Positions 40,450 to 51,443 are shown, counted from the stretch's first letter. The stretch is 64,000 nt of DNA from Clostridium sp. (GCA_036677665.1 JAVBVX010000038.1:112909-176908); one strand, 5' to 3'. Notes: a model not told the origin generated them from the letters alone. Numbers and translations: made by a program.

Positions 40450-41187
40450 TTATATTATCATCAATGATATTAACACAACTAACTCGTTATTAGCCCCTAA
40501 ACTATCACCGGTAACCCCTTTAATCTTAGAATTACATAGTGCATTAAATAAACTAGTTGTAACTATCGCTAAGATTAACAATATTACAGTTTTTAAAATA
40601 GCGTTTAACAGAAGCCCTATAATTAAGACAAATACCACATTTACTATTACTTCCCTTAAAGTTACAGTGTTAATAAACAAATTCCCCGAACCATTTTCCT
40701 TAGCTGGAGCTCCAATATAGCTAAGAAATATCATAGAAAATCTACTTATCATAGGTATTAGAAGTATACCTATGACTCTATACTTCACTAAAAGGAGTCC
40801 GTACCCTTGATACTTTATCAAAATATTTAATACTAAGCCTACACAAGCAAATGTACCTATTCTACTATCCTTCATTATTTCTATTATCTTATCACTACCT
40901 TTAAAAGCAAAGAAACCATCACAGGTATCGCCAAATCCATCTAGATGTAGTGCTCCTGTAATTAATATCTCAAAGATAATTATAAGTATAACTACAAAGT
41001 TTATTGGAATTACTCTAGATAATACTATATATAATCCATATTGACATAGTCCAATCAATAATCCTATAAAAGCAAAGAAATTTGCTCCATTTCTGAAATT
41101 GCTCTTTTCACAAGGAAGTGATTTATTTATAGGCACTCTCGTTAATATTTGAAACATAAGTAAAAAATCATAATAATATTTTTTCAT
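40450..41187 (-). CDS. cobS: adenosylcobinamide-GDP ribazoletransferase (cobalamin synthase)
   Basis: Polytopic 245-aa protein with LHLDGFGDTCDG, the CobS motif. Confidence 0.9.
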   Translation of the reverse strand: MKKYYYDFLLMFQILTRVPINKSLPCEKSNFRNGANFFAFIGLLIGLCQYGLYIVLSRVIPINFVVILIIIFEILITGALHLDGFGDTCDGFFAFKGSDKIIEIMKDSRIGTFACVGLVLNILIKYQGYGLLLVKYRVIGILLIPMISRFSMIFLSYIGAPAKENGSGNLFINTVTLREVIVNVVFVLIIGLLLNAILKTVILLILAIVTTSLFNALCNSKIKGVTGDSLGANNELVVLISLMII

Positions 41188-41202
41188 ATAACCTCCCTGT
41201 AT

Positions 41203-41751
41203 TTATTTAATTTTTAAAGATAATCCTGATACCACTAAATATGCCTCATCACATAACTTACCTAATAGTTGATTTATCCTACCTGATATATCTGTAAAGA
41301 TTCTTCCAAGCTTGTACTCCGATACAAGCCCAAAGCCGACTTCATTTGTTATTATTACAATCTCTTTATGAAACTTTCTAGAAGCATTAATTATTTCTAT
41401 AACTTGTTCACTAATACCTTCTTCTAAATTCTCAATTTCTTTCTTAGATATATTATCAAAATCGCTATATTTATCAAACATTAAATTGGTTATCATAGTG
41501 GTAACGCACTCAAGAATAATATATTTATGCTCTGATTCTTTAATAACCTTATGTAAATTTCTATATCCCTCAAAGGTTTCCCAATTTTGATTTCTTGTTC
41601 TTTTATGAATATCAACTCTTTCTTTCATATCTTCATCAGTGATAATTGAAGTGGCAATATATAAAACCTCATCTTTCCCTTTAAATAGCCCTTCTCCAAA
41701 GCTGCTTTTACCGCTTCTGCTTCCTCCTGTTACTAAAGTTATCTTACTCAT
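41203..41751 (-). CDS. cobU: bifunctional adenosylcobinamide kinase / adenosylcobinamide-phosphate guanylyltransferase
   Basis: P-loop TGGSRSGKSSFGE, then YIATS...H. Start moved to MSKITLV (ATG at 41751), after GGAGAGTGAAGG. Confidence 0.88.
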   Translation of the reverse strand: MSKITLVTGGSRSGKSSFGEGLFKGKDEVLYIATSIITDEDMKERVDIHKRTRNQNWETFEGYRNLHKVIKESEHKYIILECVTTMITNLMFDKYSDFDNISKKEIENLEEGISEQVIEIINASRKFHKEIVIITNEVGFGLVSEYKLGRIFTDISGRINQLLGKLCDEAYLVVSGLSLKIK

Positions 41752-42349
41752 TACCTTCACTCTCCATTGCATCTAACTGTATAATTGAATCAATGTACCA
41801 GTTATCATATTGGAATTTAATTATTGATACACTACCATTTTTTGAAACAAACTTCCAAAAGTTTTTTAAATCTCCTCCAAGTATATAACAATAAATTAAT
41901 CTTATAATTCCACCATGAGTTATAGCAAGACAGTTTTCATAATTTTCCTTCTCTAAGGATTTCATAAATTCTACTACTCTACTATAAGTTTCTGATACGC
42001 TCTCTCCCTGTGGAATCCTATAATCTATCCAGTTCTCTTCCCAAGCCTTTTGCTCCATAGAGTAATTATCACATATTTCATTATATGTCTTATTTTCAAA
42101 AATCCCAAAATCTCTTTCATTTAATCTATAATCACATTCTATTTCTGTATATTCTAAAATTTTCGCTGTATCAATAGCTCTTTTTCTTTCACTTGAAAAT
42201 ACCTTATCAAAGCGTATATGCTTAATAAAGTTTTTTGTTCTTTTAATTTCACCTATACCTTTTAATGATAATTCATCTTCAAAACTGCCTAGGTATCTCC
42301 CCTGGAAATTACTCTGGGTCTCTCCGTGCCTCACTAAATACAAGTTCAT
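41744..42349 (-). CDS. cobC: alpha-ribazole phosphatase (histidine phosphatase family)
   Basis: LYLVRHGETQSN plus the later ITHGGIIR; sits in the cob context. Confidence 0.85.
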   Translation of the reverse strand: MNLYLVRHGETQSNFQGRYLGSFEDELSLKGIGEIKRTKNFIKHIRFDKVFSSERKRAIDTAKILEYTEIECDYRLNERDFGIFENKTYNEICDNYSMEQKAWEENWIDYRIPQGESVSETYSRVVEFMKSLEKENYENCLAITHGGIIRLIYCYILGGDLKNFWKFVSKNGSVSIIKFQYDNWYIDSIIQLDAMESEGNE

Positions 42350-42511
42350 GAAATTTGATCTCCCACTCCACTGTTTTTATAATAAATGATATCATAAACT
42401 TTATACTTTGTTTATAATTAATTTATAGAAAGTAGATATATATACTTTATAATAGAATTATGAAGGACCTTCATGTCATTAACAAATTTTAAATAAAAAG
42501 GAGTTTTATAA

Positions 42512-43753
42512 ATGAAATTCAAGAAAAAAACCGCAATGATTTTAAGTTTCGCTCTTGGTACAACAATGCTTGCTACTACAGCTATTGCTGAAATAGCATC
42601 TAAAACTGGCTATGACGTACTAAAGGATTCTATAAAATACACAGCTGAAAGTGCTACTACTAAACTTTCTAGTTATACAATGGATATGTCTTTTGTAGTA
42701 AAGGCTGATGGTAATGTTATAGCCTCTGAAAAATCTTTAAATAAATATGATGTTTCAAAAAAAGCCACAGAAAGCATAACAACAAGTATTGATGGTAAAA
42801 AGACATTTGATTACTACAACTTCTCTGACAAAAACGGAAGTATAAGCAAAAATAATAATGAAGCTGTTTATTATGTAACTGAATTTACAACTCCTCAAGA
42901 AGGTCACATCTTTACAAACCCATTTAAGGAAAAAGGTGCTGAAGATGTTGAAAGAATAGCAGATATTCTTGTAGGTAATTTAAAAGATTATGTTATAGTT
43001 AATGAAAAATCTGATGGAAGTAAAGAATTATCTGGTTCTTTAAGTGAGTCTCAGATACCAGCTTTAATTAATGCAGTAGTATCTTTTCAATCTAAAAATG
43101 AATTCAGTCATAGACAAAACACAGATGATCTTATGCCTAAAATTACAAAAGATATATTTGTAAAAGAAATTACAGGACATATGCTTGTAAACAAAGATGG
43201 ATTAATAGAAAACTTACTTGGTACTGGAACAATATCTGGTAAAGATGATAATGGAAAAGAGCATACCCTAACTTTTGAGCTATCTGGAAAACTATATGGT
43301 GTTAACTCAACTGCTGTTAATAGACCTAATCTTGCTGGTAAGAAGGTAGAAAAAAATATAGAAAAAGATTATAGCAAATTATCTAATCCTAAAAAATATG
43401 TAGGAACATACAAAACTGATATAGTCCTTGAAAAAGAAGATAAATTTGAAAAAATAGGTGAAAAGTTTATAGAAATAACTGAAATAAACGAAACAACTAT
43501 TGTAGGAAGACATTACGAAAAGTATGCTTCCGGTTACGAAGAATATGCAGCTAATAAAAAAGACTTTAAATTTAATGCAAAATTCCAAGAAAAAGATTTA
43601 AATGCAAACTTTACTGCTACTTCTTCTGGTAATAAGGTTGAAGGAAATATATATATAGATCAACATGCTGGAAAAGTATATTTCAATATGAATGAAAGAT
43701 TTGGTGGTTCTAATTTATTATTCGATAACGACTATAAAAGAGTATTTGAATAA
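42512..43753 (+). CDS. secreted protein of unknown function (413 aa)
   Basis: Sec signal MKFKKKTAMILSFALGTTMLATTAIA. K/E/N-rich, beta-looking mature part. AAAGGAG RBS. Confidence 0.7.
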   Translation: MKFKKKTAMILSFALGTTMLATTAIAEIASKTGYDVLKDSIKYTAESATTKLSSYTMDMSFVVKADGNVIASEKSLNKYDVSKKATESITTSIDGKKTFDYYNFSDKNGSISKNNNEAVYYVTEFTTPQEGHIFTNPFKEKGAEDVERIADILVGNLKDYVIVNEKSDGSKELSGSLSESQIPALINAVVSFQSKNEFSHRQNTDDLMPKITKDIFVKEITGHMLVNKDGLIENLLGTGTISGKDDNGKEHTLTFELSGKLYGVNSTAVNRPNLAGKKVEKNIEKDYSKLSNPKKYVGTYKTDIVLEKEDKFEKIGEKFIEITEINETTIVGRHYEKYASGYEEYAANKKDFKFNAKFQEKDLNANFTATSSGNKVEGNIYIDQHAGKVYFNMNERFGGSNLLFDNDYKRVFE

Positions 43754-43795
43754 ACTAAAAAGTTTATAAATTAAAATTTTCAACTTATAATTGAG

Positions 43796-43861
43796 AGGTA
43801 CTAGGTACTAGAAGAGTTTATTCTCATAGTTCAAAACTATGTTTTCTAGTGCTTAGTACCT
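43796..43861. repeat. 18-bp imperfect inverted repeat enclosing a second small hairpin
   Basis: aggtactaggtactagaa (43796-43813) pairs with ttctagtgcttagtacct (43844-43861), with two G-U pairs. The 30-nt loop contains catagtt/aactatg. No adjacent T run. Confidence 0.6.
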
Positions 43862-43918
43862 AATACATATAAAAAATTGTCACTGTTTTTTCTTAAATTA
43901 AGTTTTGGAGGTATGCAA

Positions 43919-44644
43919 ATGGAAAAAGTTATTGAAATTAAAAACCTCTCCAAAGTGTATAAAAATGGACGAGGTATAAGAGATATTAACCTGGATATAC
44001 ATAGAGGTGAAATCTTCGGATTTTTAGGACCTAATGGTGCTGGTAAAACAACAGCTATGAAAATTATGACCGGACTTGTAACTCCTGATAGCGGTGATGT
44101 TAAAATTTTAGGTCACAGTATATCTGAAGACTTTGAGGGAGCTATGAAAAAAGTAGGTTGTATTATAGAAACTGCTGAATCCTACCCCTATTTAACTGCC
44201 TTTGAAAATCTAAAACAATTTTCAAGATACTATAAAGACGTGGATAGTAAAAGAATAGAAGAAGTTTTAGAACTTACAGGACTCATAAAATACAAAAATG
44301 AAAAACCAAGGAAATTTTCTCTTGGAATGAAGCAAAGACTTGGAATTGCAGCTGCAATACTATCAAGACCTGAAGTAATAATATTGGACGAACCTTTAAA
44401 TGGACTTGATGTTGAAGGAATGATTCATATGAGAAATATTATAAAAGATCTTTCTGAGAGAGAAAAAACCACCTTCTTTATATCAAGCCATCTCATTCAT
44501 GATGTAGAACTTACCTGTACCAGTATAGGAATACTATATAATGGTAAAATGCTTAATGTAGATACTACTGAAAATATATTAAAGAACTATGTTTCCCTTG
44601 AAAATTATTTTATTAGTGAGGTAGAAAGAAATGGCAGAATTTAA
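43919..44644 (+). CDS. ABC-2 type transporter ATP-binding protein
   Basis: Walker A GPNGAGKTT, signature-like SLGMKQRLGIA, Walker B IILDEPLNGLD. The ATG at 43919 is 7 nt after GGAGG. Confidence 0.9.
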   Translation: MEKVIEIKNLSKVYKNGRGIRDINLDIHRGEIFGFLGPNGAGKTTAMKIMTGLVTPDSGDVKILGHSISEDFEGAMKKVGCIIETAESYPYLTAFENLKQFSRYYKDVDSKRIEEVLELTGLIKYKNEKPRKFSLGMKQRLGIAAAILSRPEVIILDEPLNGLDVEGMIHMRNIIKDLSEREKTTFFISSHLIHDVELTCTSIGILYNGKMLNVDTTENILKNYVSLENYFISEVERNGRI

Positions 44645-45383
44645 AGCGGCTTTAACCAACGAGCTGGAAAAACTATATAAAAAGAAAAAAGTTATGGTGG
44701 CAGCCTCTATGTCACTTATTTTCATTATACTTGGACAACTATCCATTACTATCTTAAGAAGCGGTTTTGGAGTTCGTGGAGTTTCTAACATGGAGTTCCC
44801 CCTACTTGTACTTTCTGTAGTTGTTAATACAATTCTCCCTTTATTTACTGCACTTGTTACTATTGATAGTTTTTCTGGAGAGTTTTCACAAAACACTATG
44901 AAAATTACAATTACAAGACCAGTTACAAGGTTAAAATTCTTTACTGCAAAAATAAGTGCTATCTTATTATTTGTTTTAGTAAATCTTATATTTGTAATGG
45001 TCTTTTCAACCATAATAGGTCTTATTTTTAATTCAAATACCTTTACAATACAAGGACTTATTAAAATATTAGTTTCTTATACAGTAACATTAGTTCCAAT
45101 GACAGTACTTGCCCTAACTATTGTACTTCTTACAAATATACTTAGAAGCGGTATAAGTGTATTTTTTGTAACTATTCTTCTTTTTATCATTTTTAAAGGA
45201 TTAGGATTTGTTTTTTCAAGTTATTCTGGTTTGTTTTTTACAAGTATGCTAGACTGGCACAAATTATGGATTAGCAGCAACATCTCCTTTTTAAAGATTT
45301 TCCGTCAATTTATGATGATGCTTAGTTATGATATACTCCTCTTTACAGGTGCTTATTATTTATTTGATAAAAAAGACTTTTAA
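44631..45383 (+). CDS. ABC-2 type transporter permease
   Basis: Six TM segments; start overlaps the ATPase stop. Confidence 0.8.
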   Translation: MAEFKAALTNELEKLYKKKKVMVAASMSLIFIILGQLSITILRSGFGVRGVSNMEFPLLVLSVVVNTILPLFTALVTIDSFSGEFSQNTMKITITRPVTRLKFFTAKISAILLFVLVNLIFVMVFSTIIGLIFNSNTFTIQGLIKILVSYTVTLVPMTVLALTIVLLTNILRSGISVFFVTILLFIIFKGLGFVFSSYSGLFFTSMLDWHKLWISSNISFLKIFRQFMMMLSYDILLFTGAYYLFDKKDF

Positions 45384-45399
45384 TAATCAAGGTGAGTAA

Positions 45400-46500
45400 A
45401 TGCAAATAAAAAAACGTTTAATTATTTATAATACTATAACTGTTGTAATTCCATTGACTATTGTAATCCTAACAATTTTCATTCTTAAGGTTATCCCCTT
45501 TAAATCCTTTAATTCAAACATAAACTACGATGATTTTAAAAACTTAGAGTCTTTAAAATATATACTAATGATTTCAGGTGCAGTATTTTTTATATCATTT
45601 ATAGTTTCTAACATGATTATGTCATATCTATTTTCTAAGAAAATGTTAGATCCTATAACTCATCTTAAAAGAGCTACATCTGAGATTAGTAGAGGTGATT
45701 TAAACTTAGAAATTGCAGAAATCGGTGATAAAGAAATTAGAGAACTATGTGCAGATTTTGAAAAAATGAGAATACAATTAAAAGATTCTGTTCGTCTTAA
45801 AATAAAATATGATGATAATAGAACTATGCTTGTTTCTAGTATCTCTCATGATTTAAGAACTCCCATAACCTCCATAAAAGGTTATGTTGAAGGGATTTTA
45901 GATGGGGTAGCTAACACCCCTGAAAAAGTAGAATTTTACTTAAAAACTATATATTCAAAAGCTGAACTCATTGATGTGATGATTGATGATTTACTTTTAT
46001 ACTCTAAACTTGACTTAAATCAGCTTCCTTTTAACTATGAAAAGACTGATATTGCTAGTTTTTTTGATTACTGCGTTATGGAAAGCACTCTTGAACTTCT
46101 GAAACATAATATATCAATTGCACTTGAAAACTACTTGAAGGAATCAAAATATGTGATGCTTGATAGAGAAAGAATGCGAAGAGTTATAATTAATATTATT
46201 GATAACTCTCGAAAATATATGAACAAAGAAGAAGGAAAAATAACTATAATGCTAAGAGAAACAAACTCTAGCATTGTTATTGAAATAAGAGATAACGGTT
46301 CTGGTATTGATAAAAATCATATAAATAGAATATTTGACAGATTCTACAGAGGTGATTTAGCAAGAACTGAAACAAAAGGCAGCGGACTTGGACTTGCTAT
46401 CTCAAAACAAATTGTAGAAGCTCATAAAGGCAAGATATGGGCTATTGGCCACGAAGATGCAGGTACTAGTATAATAATATCACTAGCAAAGCTATCATAA
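45400..46500 (+). CDS. sensor histidine kinase (2 TM, HAMP, HisKA, HATPase_c)
   Basis: H-box SSISHDLRTPITSIKGY, N-box IINIIDNSRKY, G-boxes RDNGSGI and GSGLGLAI. Confidence 0.92.
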   Translation: MQIKKRLIIYNTITVVIPLTIVILTIFILKVIPFKSFNSNINYDDFKNLESLKYILMISGAVFFISFIVSNMIMSYLFSKKMLDPITHLKRATSEISRGDLNLEIAEIGDKEIRELCADFEKMRIQLKDSVRLKIKYDDNRTMLVSSISHDLRTPITSIKGYVEGILDGVANTPEKVEFYLKTIYSKAELIDVMIDDLLLYSKLDLNQLPFNYEKTDIASFFDYCVMESTLELLKHNISIALENYLKESKYVMLDRERMRRVIINIIDNSRKYMNKEEGKITIMLRETNSSIVIEIRDNGSGIDKNHINRIFDRFYRGDLARTETKGSGLGLAISKQIVEAHKGKIWAIGHEDAGTSIIISLAKLS

Positions 46501-46555
46501 GCAGAGTACTCATCTGACGAAGGAAGAGGAGTTACAGAATTATAGGGAGGGTATT

Positions 46556-47251
46556 ATGAAGAAAATTTTAATAGTTGAAGATGATTCGAGCATTGCTGAA
46601 CTTCAAAAGGATTACTTAGAGCTTTCTGGTTTTGAAGTTACTATATGCACAGATGGTGTAGAGGGTTTAAATGCTATAAAAAAGAATGATTTTAATTTAA
46701 TAATTCTTGATGTTATGCTCCCTAAATTAGATGGATTTAGTATTTTACGCAATATCCAAGAAGATAAGGACATTCCTGTTTTAATGGTGTCTTCAAAAAA
46801 AGAAGAGATTGATAAAATTAAGGGGTTAAGTCTTGGTGCTGATGATTACATTACTAAACCCTTTAGTCCAGGTGAGCTAGTTGCTAGAGTTAAATCTCAT
46901 ATTCAAAATTATGAAAAAATAAAAAGTAAATTTACTATAAAACCTAAGAATAACGTTATCGTTATAAGAGGTCTTGAAATAATTAAGGATTCTAGACAGG
47001 TATTTGTAAATGGTAAAGAGGTCTCTTTAGCCCAAAAGGAGTTTGAATTATTACTTCATTTAGCTGAAAATCCTAACATAGTATTTAGTAGAGAAGATTT
47101 ATTCGAGAAAATCTGGGGACTTGATGCCCTTGGTGATACTGCTACAGTGACAGTACATATCGCAAGAGTAAGAGAGAAAATAGAGTCCTCCCCTTCTAAT
47201 CCACAGTATATAGAAACCGTTTGGGGAGCTGGATATAAACTTAGAGTGTAA
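46556..47251 (+). CDS. OmpR-family response regulator
   Basis: Receiver KILIVEDD...ILDVMLP. C-terminal winged helix with ...IETVWGAGYKLR. Confidence 0.93.
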   Translation: MKKILIVEDDSSIAELQKDYLELSGFEVTICTDGVEGLNAIKKNDFNLIILDVMLPKLDGFSILRNIQEDKDIPVLMVSSKKEEIDKIKGLSLGADDYITKPFSPGELVARVKSHIQNYEKIKSKFTIKPKNNVIVIRGLEIIKDSRQVFVNGKEVSLAQKEFELLLHLAENPNIVFSREDLFEKIWGLDALGDTATVTVHIARVREKIESSPSNPQYIETVWGAGYKLRV

Positions 47252-47266
47252 AATAAAATTCTTTGG

Positions 47267-47296
47267 AGAGCACCCCATTAAAGTGGGGTGCTCTTT
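47267..47296 (+). terminator. rho-independent terminator after the response regulator
   Basis: 11-bp GC-rich stem agagcacccca/tggggtgctct, followed by tt. Confidence 0.75.
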
Positions 47297-47646
47297 AAGT
47301 CATGCAAGCTATCTTAAGTAAGTGCTACTATTAGAATTCATTTAACTACTTATAAAAGTATTTCTAATGTGAAACATTTTTAAGACTTGTTTATCTAATA
47401 CATAAGGTGGATATAATCAAGTCAGATATTGAACACAAAGATGGTATAGGGTATGGATTAGAAATCACTTATATTAGTAAAAAAAAGATAGGTTTAGTTT
47501 TTTGGCTTCTTCAATGGTTCATAACGGCAGCTGGCATGAATTTGACAAAAATTTAGTTGATGATTTTAGAAATCTATATAAAAACTTAAATTAATTAGCT
47601 CTAAGCTTTTCCTCCATGAAATAGGTAAAATCACTATTGATAATAT

Positions 47647-47692
47647 AAAAAGGGTGTAAATAGATTTGTTTTACACAAATCTATTTACACCC
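47647..47692 (-). terminator. rho-independent terminator after the soluble MCP gene
   Basis: 18-bp stem gggtgtaaatagatttgt/acaaatctatttacaccc, with T5 on the minus strand. Confidence 0.85.
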
Positions 47693-47723
47693 TAATATTC
47701 TCAGTAGTAATCTCTAAGTATGT

Positions 47724-48686
47724 CTATAATCTATTTTCTTGAATAAGCTTCTCATTATAAGCTGATAAGCTTTCTCCTGTTTTTTCTAATTGTTCATCTA
47801 TTACATTTGCTTCTTTTATATGTTTAATTATTGCATTTGTTGTGGTCTTTAGAACATCATCAATCCCTACAATTTCTTTGTTCATGCTTTCTATATGTCG
47901 TTTTTGAGTAGATAAAATATTCATTACCTCTTTTGCTTCTTGTTCTACCTGTGCTATTCCGGATAAGCTTTTCTCTACTTTATCTATAGCTTCACTTGAA
48001 GCTTTGACACCATTAGCTATAACATCATTAGACTTGTCCGAGTTGTTTAAAACCTTCTTAGTCTCTTCCTCAATTCCTTGTATTAAACTAGAGATGTCTT
48101 TAGTACTCTCTTTAGTCATTTCAGCTAGTTTCCTTACTTCACTAGCAACTACTGCAAATCCCTTACCATGTTCCCCTGCTCTTGCTGCCTCTATTGCTGC
48201 ATTTAAGGCTAAAAGATTAGTCTGACTTGCAATACCTGTTATTAGCTGAACTACATCATTAACCTTGTTGAACTTTTTTGCTAGCTCATTAATGCTATTG
48301 GCATTATTTTTATTTTCTATTTCTAAAGATTTAATGATTTCATTCATCTCCTCAATAGATCTTTTTCCTTCATTTGATCTTTTAACTGCATCTTCAGTAA
48401 TTTTTATAAGGGTATTTCCTTCTGTATATAAATTATCTGTAGCTGTATTAGTCATTCTTGTTAAATTTGAAATCTCACTCATATGAACTTTTACTTCATT
48501 AGTAAGTCCAGTTAAAGCATCATGCTGACTATTAACCATTTGATGCTGCTTTACAGTTTCTTTTAGTGACTTACTTATTGATCCTATAAAATCTGTAGTT
48601 TCTCTACGAGATTCTTTTTCTTTTTTCTTTATTTCTTCTGCTATATCTAGAGACATACATACTTCATCTTTAGCTTTTTTTCTCAT
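47724..48686 (-). CDS. soluble methyl-accepting chemotaxis signalling-domain protein (no TM, no sensor domain)
   Basis: [38 protein letters not shown]. No hydrophobic segment. GGGGGAG RBS. Confidence 0.88.
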   Translation of the reverse strand: MRKKAKDEVCMSLDIAEEIKKKEKESRRETTDFIGSISKSLKETVKQHQMVNSQHDALTGLTNEVKVHMSEISNLTRMTNTATDNLYTEGNTLIKITEDAVKRSNEGKRSIEEMNEIIKSLEIENKNNANSINELAKKFNKVNDVVQLITGIASQTNLLALNAAIEAARAGEHGKGFAVVASEVRKLAEMTKESTKDISSLIQGIEEETKKVLNNSDKSNDVIANGVKASSEAIDKVEKSLSGIAQVEQEAKEVMNILSTQKRHIESMNKEIVGIDDVLKTTTNAIIKHIKEANVIDEQLEKTGESLSAYNEKLIQENRL

Positions 48687-48929
48687 CGATTACACTCCCC
48701 CGACTTTTCTTAAATCTTTAAGAATTTATATCGCCTTCTTAATTATCGTACTTTTACATAAACATCTATATATTTTTAGATACTATTCCTAATAATCCTA
48801 GTGCTTTATCTATAATATCCCTTCATTTCTTCTTGTTTTTCATAATTTTAACTAATTATAACATGGTATCTATAGTATGTAAACGCAGACTTAAATCATC
48901 ATATTTCCTACATTAATCGAATACTTTTT

Positions 48930-48981
48930 ATAATAAAAAATAGATGAATTAAGCTGAAAAATCAGCTTAATTCATCTATTT
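48930..48981 (-). terminator. terminator overlapping the 3' end of the 217-aa ORF
   Basis: 19-bp stem aaatagatgaattaagctg/cagcttaattcatctattt. Confidence 0.75.
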
Positions 48982-49615
48982 TAATCCTTGTTACAGAATC
49001 GTCTACTCTTTTTTCTTTCTTATCAAAAAGACTAATTTCACATACCACCTTTATTATAATAAAGGACAGCCCCGTTAATACTCCAAGAATAAAATATATA
49101 TTTGAAAGAAATATATTGGTTTGCCAATCTGCTACTTGTAGAAGGTTTCTTTTTACAATCTCTTCTTTACTATAATCTTTAAGCATAAGCTTAACATTAA
49201 TTTCTCTAAGTTGTTTTACTAAAACTTTCTTATCATCATTCTCACTTATAGCTTCTAGTTTTGATAATAAATCAGTTAGATAAACTTTGTTTTGTGACTT
49301 GATACTATTAGCATAAATTTGTAGATTATCCTTTATGTCAGTTATATCATATTCTATTATATTAATAGGAACTATCTCTTTAAACTCACTGCTAATCTTA
49401 TCTATATCTGCATTACTAATTCCTTCTTTTTCAATCTTAACTAGTACTACTTGATTTAGCTTATTTGCATACAAAAATTTTGCTCCATTTTCAGTATGAT
49501 TAAATCCTAGCACAAGAAATAATACTGCTATCATCAGATTAAAAAGTAATAGTTCTCTATTATATCCTAAATCTTCTTTTTCAAGACCTAATAACCTACC
49601 TAGTATTTTAAACAT
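48962..49615 (-). CDS. hypothetical two-TM membrane protein
   Basis: ORF with TM segments near residues 22-40 and 170-195. Confidence 0.55.
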   Translation of the reverse strand: MFKILGRLLGLEKEDLGYNRELLLFNLMIAVLFLVLGFNHTENGAKFLYANKLNQVVLVKIEKEGISNADIDKISSEFKEIVPINIIEYDITDIKDNLQIYANSIKSQNKVYLTDLLSKLEAISENDDKKVLVKQLREINVKLMLKDYSKEEIVKRNLLQVADWQTNIFLSNIYFILGVLTGLSFIIIKVVCEISLFDKKEKRVDDSVTRIKIDELS

Positions 49616-49693
49616 TTTACCATCTCTCCTATATCATAATTACATATAACTACCCTATAATTATTGACATAAAAATGATTAGTAATCAGTTTT

Positions 49694-51085
49694 TTAAAAT
49701 TCTGCTGTTCCTGGTGTTCTTGGGAATGGAATTACGTCTCTAATATTACCCATACCTGTTAGGTACATTATCATTCTTTCAAAACCAAGACCATATCCTG
49801 CATGTTTAGTTTCTCCATACTTTCTAAGCTCTAAATACCACCAGTAATCCTCTTTGTTAAGTCCAAGACCTTCTATTCTCTTTTCAAGAACCTCAAGTCT
49901 TTCCTCTCTTTGACTTCCTCCTATAATTTCTCCTACTCCTGGAACTAGAAGGTCTGCTGCTGCAACAGTTTTTCCGTCATCATTTAATCTCATATAGAAT
50001 GCTTTAATATCCTTTGGATAGTCTGTAACAAATACTGGCTTTCCAAATATCTTCTCTGTTAGATATCTCTCATGTTCAGTTTGTAAATCAATTCCCCATT
50101 CTACTGGATAATCAAATTTTTGTCCTGATTTCTGAAGAAGTTCCACTGCTTCAGTGTAACTTACTCTTGCAAAATCAGAGTTAACTACATTGTCTAATCG
50201 TTCAAATAATCCTTTATCAATAAAGCTATTGAAGAATTCCATTTCTTCTGGAGCATTTTCTCTTACATAGTTGATTATATATTTAACCATAGCTTCTGCA
50301 GTATCTAAGTAATCAGTTAAATCAGCAAAAGCCATTTCAGGCTCTATCATCCAGAACTCTGATGCATGTCTTGCTGTATTTGAATTTTCTGCTCTAAAAG
50401 TTGGTCCAAAAGTGTAGATATTTTTAAAAGCAAGAGCAAAAATCTCACCTTCTAACTGTCCACTTACTGTAAGGTTAGTTTGTTTTCCAAAGAAGTCTTG
50501 TTTATAATCTATCTTTCCCTTTTCATCCTTTGGAGGGTTTTCAAGGTCTAATGTTGTTATTTTAAACATTTCCCCTGCACCTTCAGCATCACTTCCTGTT
50601 ATTATTGGAGTGTGTACATAAACAAAGCCTTGATCTTGGAAAAACTTATGTATAGCATAAGCTGCTACAGAACGCACTCTAAATACTGCTGAGAAAGTAT
50701 TACTTCTAGGTCTTAAGTGTGCTATTGATCTAAGATATTCAAGAGTATGTCTCTTCTTTTGAAGAGGATAATCTGAATGAGAATTTCCTTCTAACAATAT
50801 GCTTTTAGCATGGATTTCAAAAGGTTGCTTAGCATTTTCAGTTACTACAACTTCACCCTCAACTGTTATACTTGCACTTATAGCATACTTGCTTATTTCT
50901 TTAAAATTTTCTAGTTCATCTCCAAACACTACTTGAATGTTTTGGAAGAAGCTTCCATCATTAACTTCTATAAATCCAAATTTATTAGAAGCTCTTATAG
51001 TCCTAATCCATCCACTAAGCTTTACAGCTTTTCCAGTAAACTTTTCTGTTTCTCTATACAACTGTTTAATTACTACTGTTTCCAT
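49694..51085 (-). CDS. asnS: asparagine--tRNA ligase
   Basis: Class IIb aaRS with an N-terminal OB fold. Motifs [21 protein letters not shown] and GGSQRE...GLGFERM. Preceded by an Asn-specific T-box. Confidence 0.95.
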   Translation of the reverse strand: METVVIKQLYRETEKFTGKAVKLSGWIRTIRASNKFGFIEVNDGSFFQNIQVVFGDELENFKEISKYAISASITVEGEVVVTENAKQPFEIHAKSILLEGNSHSDYPLQKKRHTLEYLRSIAHLRPRSNTFSAVFRVRSVAAYAIHKFFQDQGFVYVHTPIITGSDAEGAGEMFKITTLDLENPPKDEKGKIDYKQDFFGKQTNLTVSGQLEGEIFALAFKNIYTFGPTFRAENSNTARHASEFWMIEPEMAFADLTDYLDTAEAMVKYIINYVRENAPEEMEFFNSFIDKGLFERLDNVVNSDFARVSYTEAVELLQKSGQKFDYPVEWGIDLQTEHERYLTEKIFGKPVFVTDYPKDIKAFYMRLNDDGKTVAAADLLVPGVGEIIGGSQREERLEVLEKRIEGLGLNKEDYWWYLELRKYGETKHAGYGLGFERMIMYLTGMGNIRDVIPFPRTPGTAEF

Positions 51086-51120
51086 AAAGTACCTCCTGTT
51101 TTATATTTAGTTATTTTTAA

Positions 51121-51400
51121 AATAAAAAAACCTTAATCCTAAATAACACTAGGACGAAGGTTGAATATTCGCGGTACCACCTAATTTGTCATATAAAATA
51201 TGACCTCTCTTAATGAGCACATCAATTATGCTCTCCAATATATAACGGTTTGGCTCCGTCTAAGCCTACTATCATACTTAAACTAAGTATAATTTCGGTT
51301 AGAGATTCTAAGGTGTTCTTCCATATAGATTCAATATCAACCTCTCACCCTCGTTGATTCGCTACAAATGAACTTCTATATATACTCTCCTCTTCACTAT
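51121..51400 (-). promoter_or_regulatory. T-box leader (specifier AAC, Asn) with terminator
   Basis: Minus strand: Stem I GA motif agtgaagaggagagta; specifier-loop candidate ggaagAACAcc; T-box sequence aaattaggtggtaccgcg (51167-51184); terminator aaccttcgtcctag...taggattaaggtt followed by T7. Confidence 0.9.
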
Positions 51401-51443
51401 CTTTACATATATTCTTTAAATTATGAAAATTAATTCAAAGAAA

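Noticed and set aside
47368-47590. Two short overlapping frames that would join across an A8 tract (47479-47486) into ...DIEHKDGIGYGLEITYISKKKDRFSFLASSMVHNGSWHEFDKNLVDDFRNLYKNLN.
   Set aside because: There is no start codon or RBS, the frame opens right after a stop, and no family is recognised. It is probably a decayed gene remnant and too weak to annotate.
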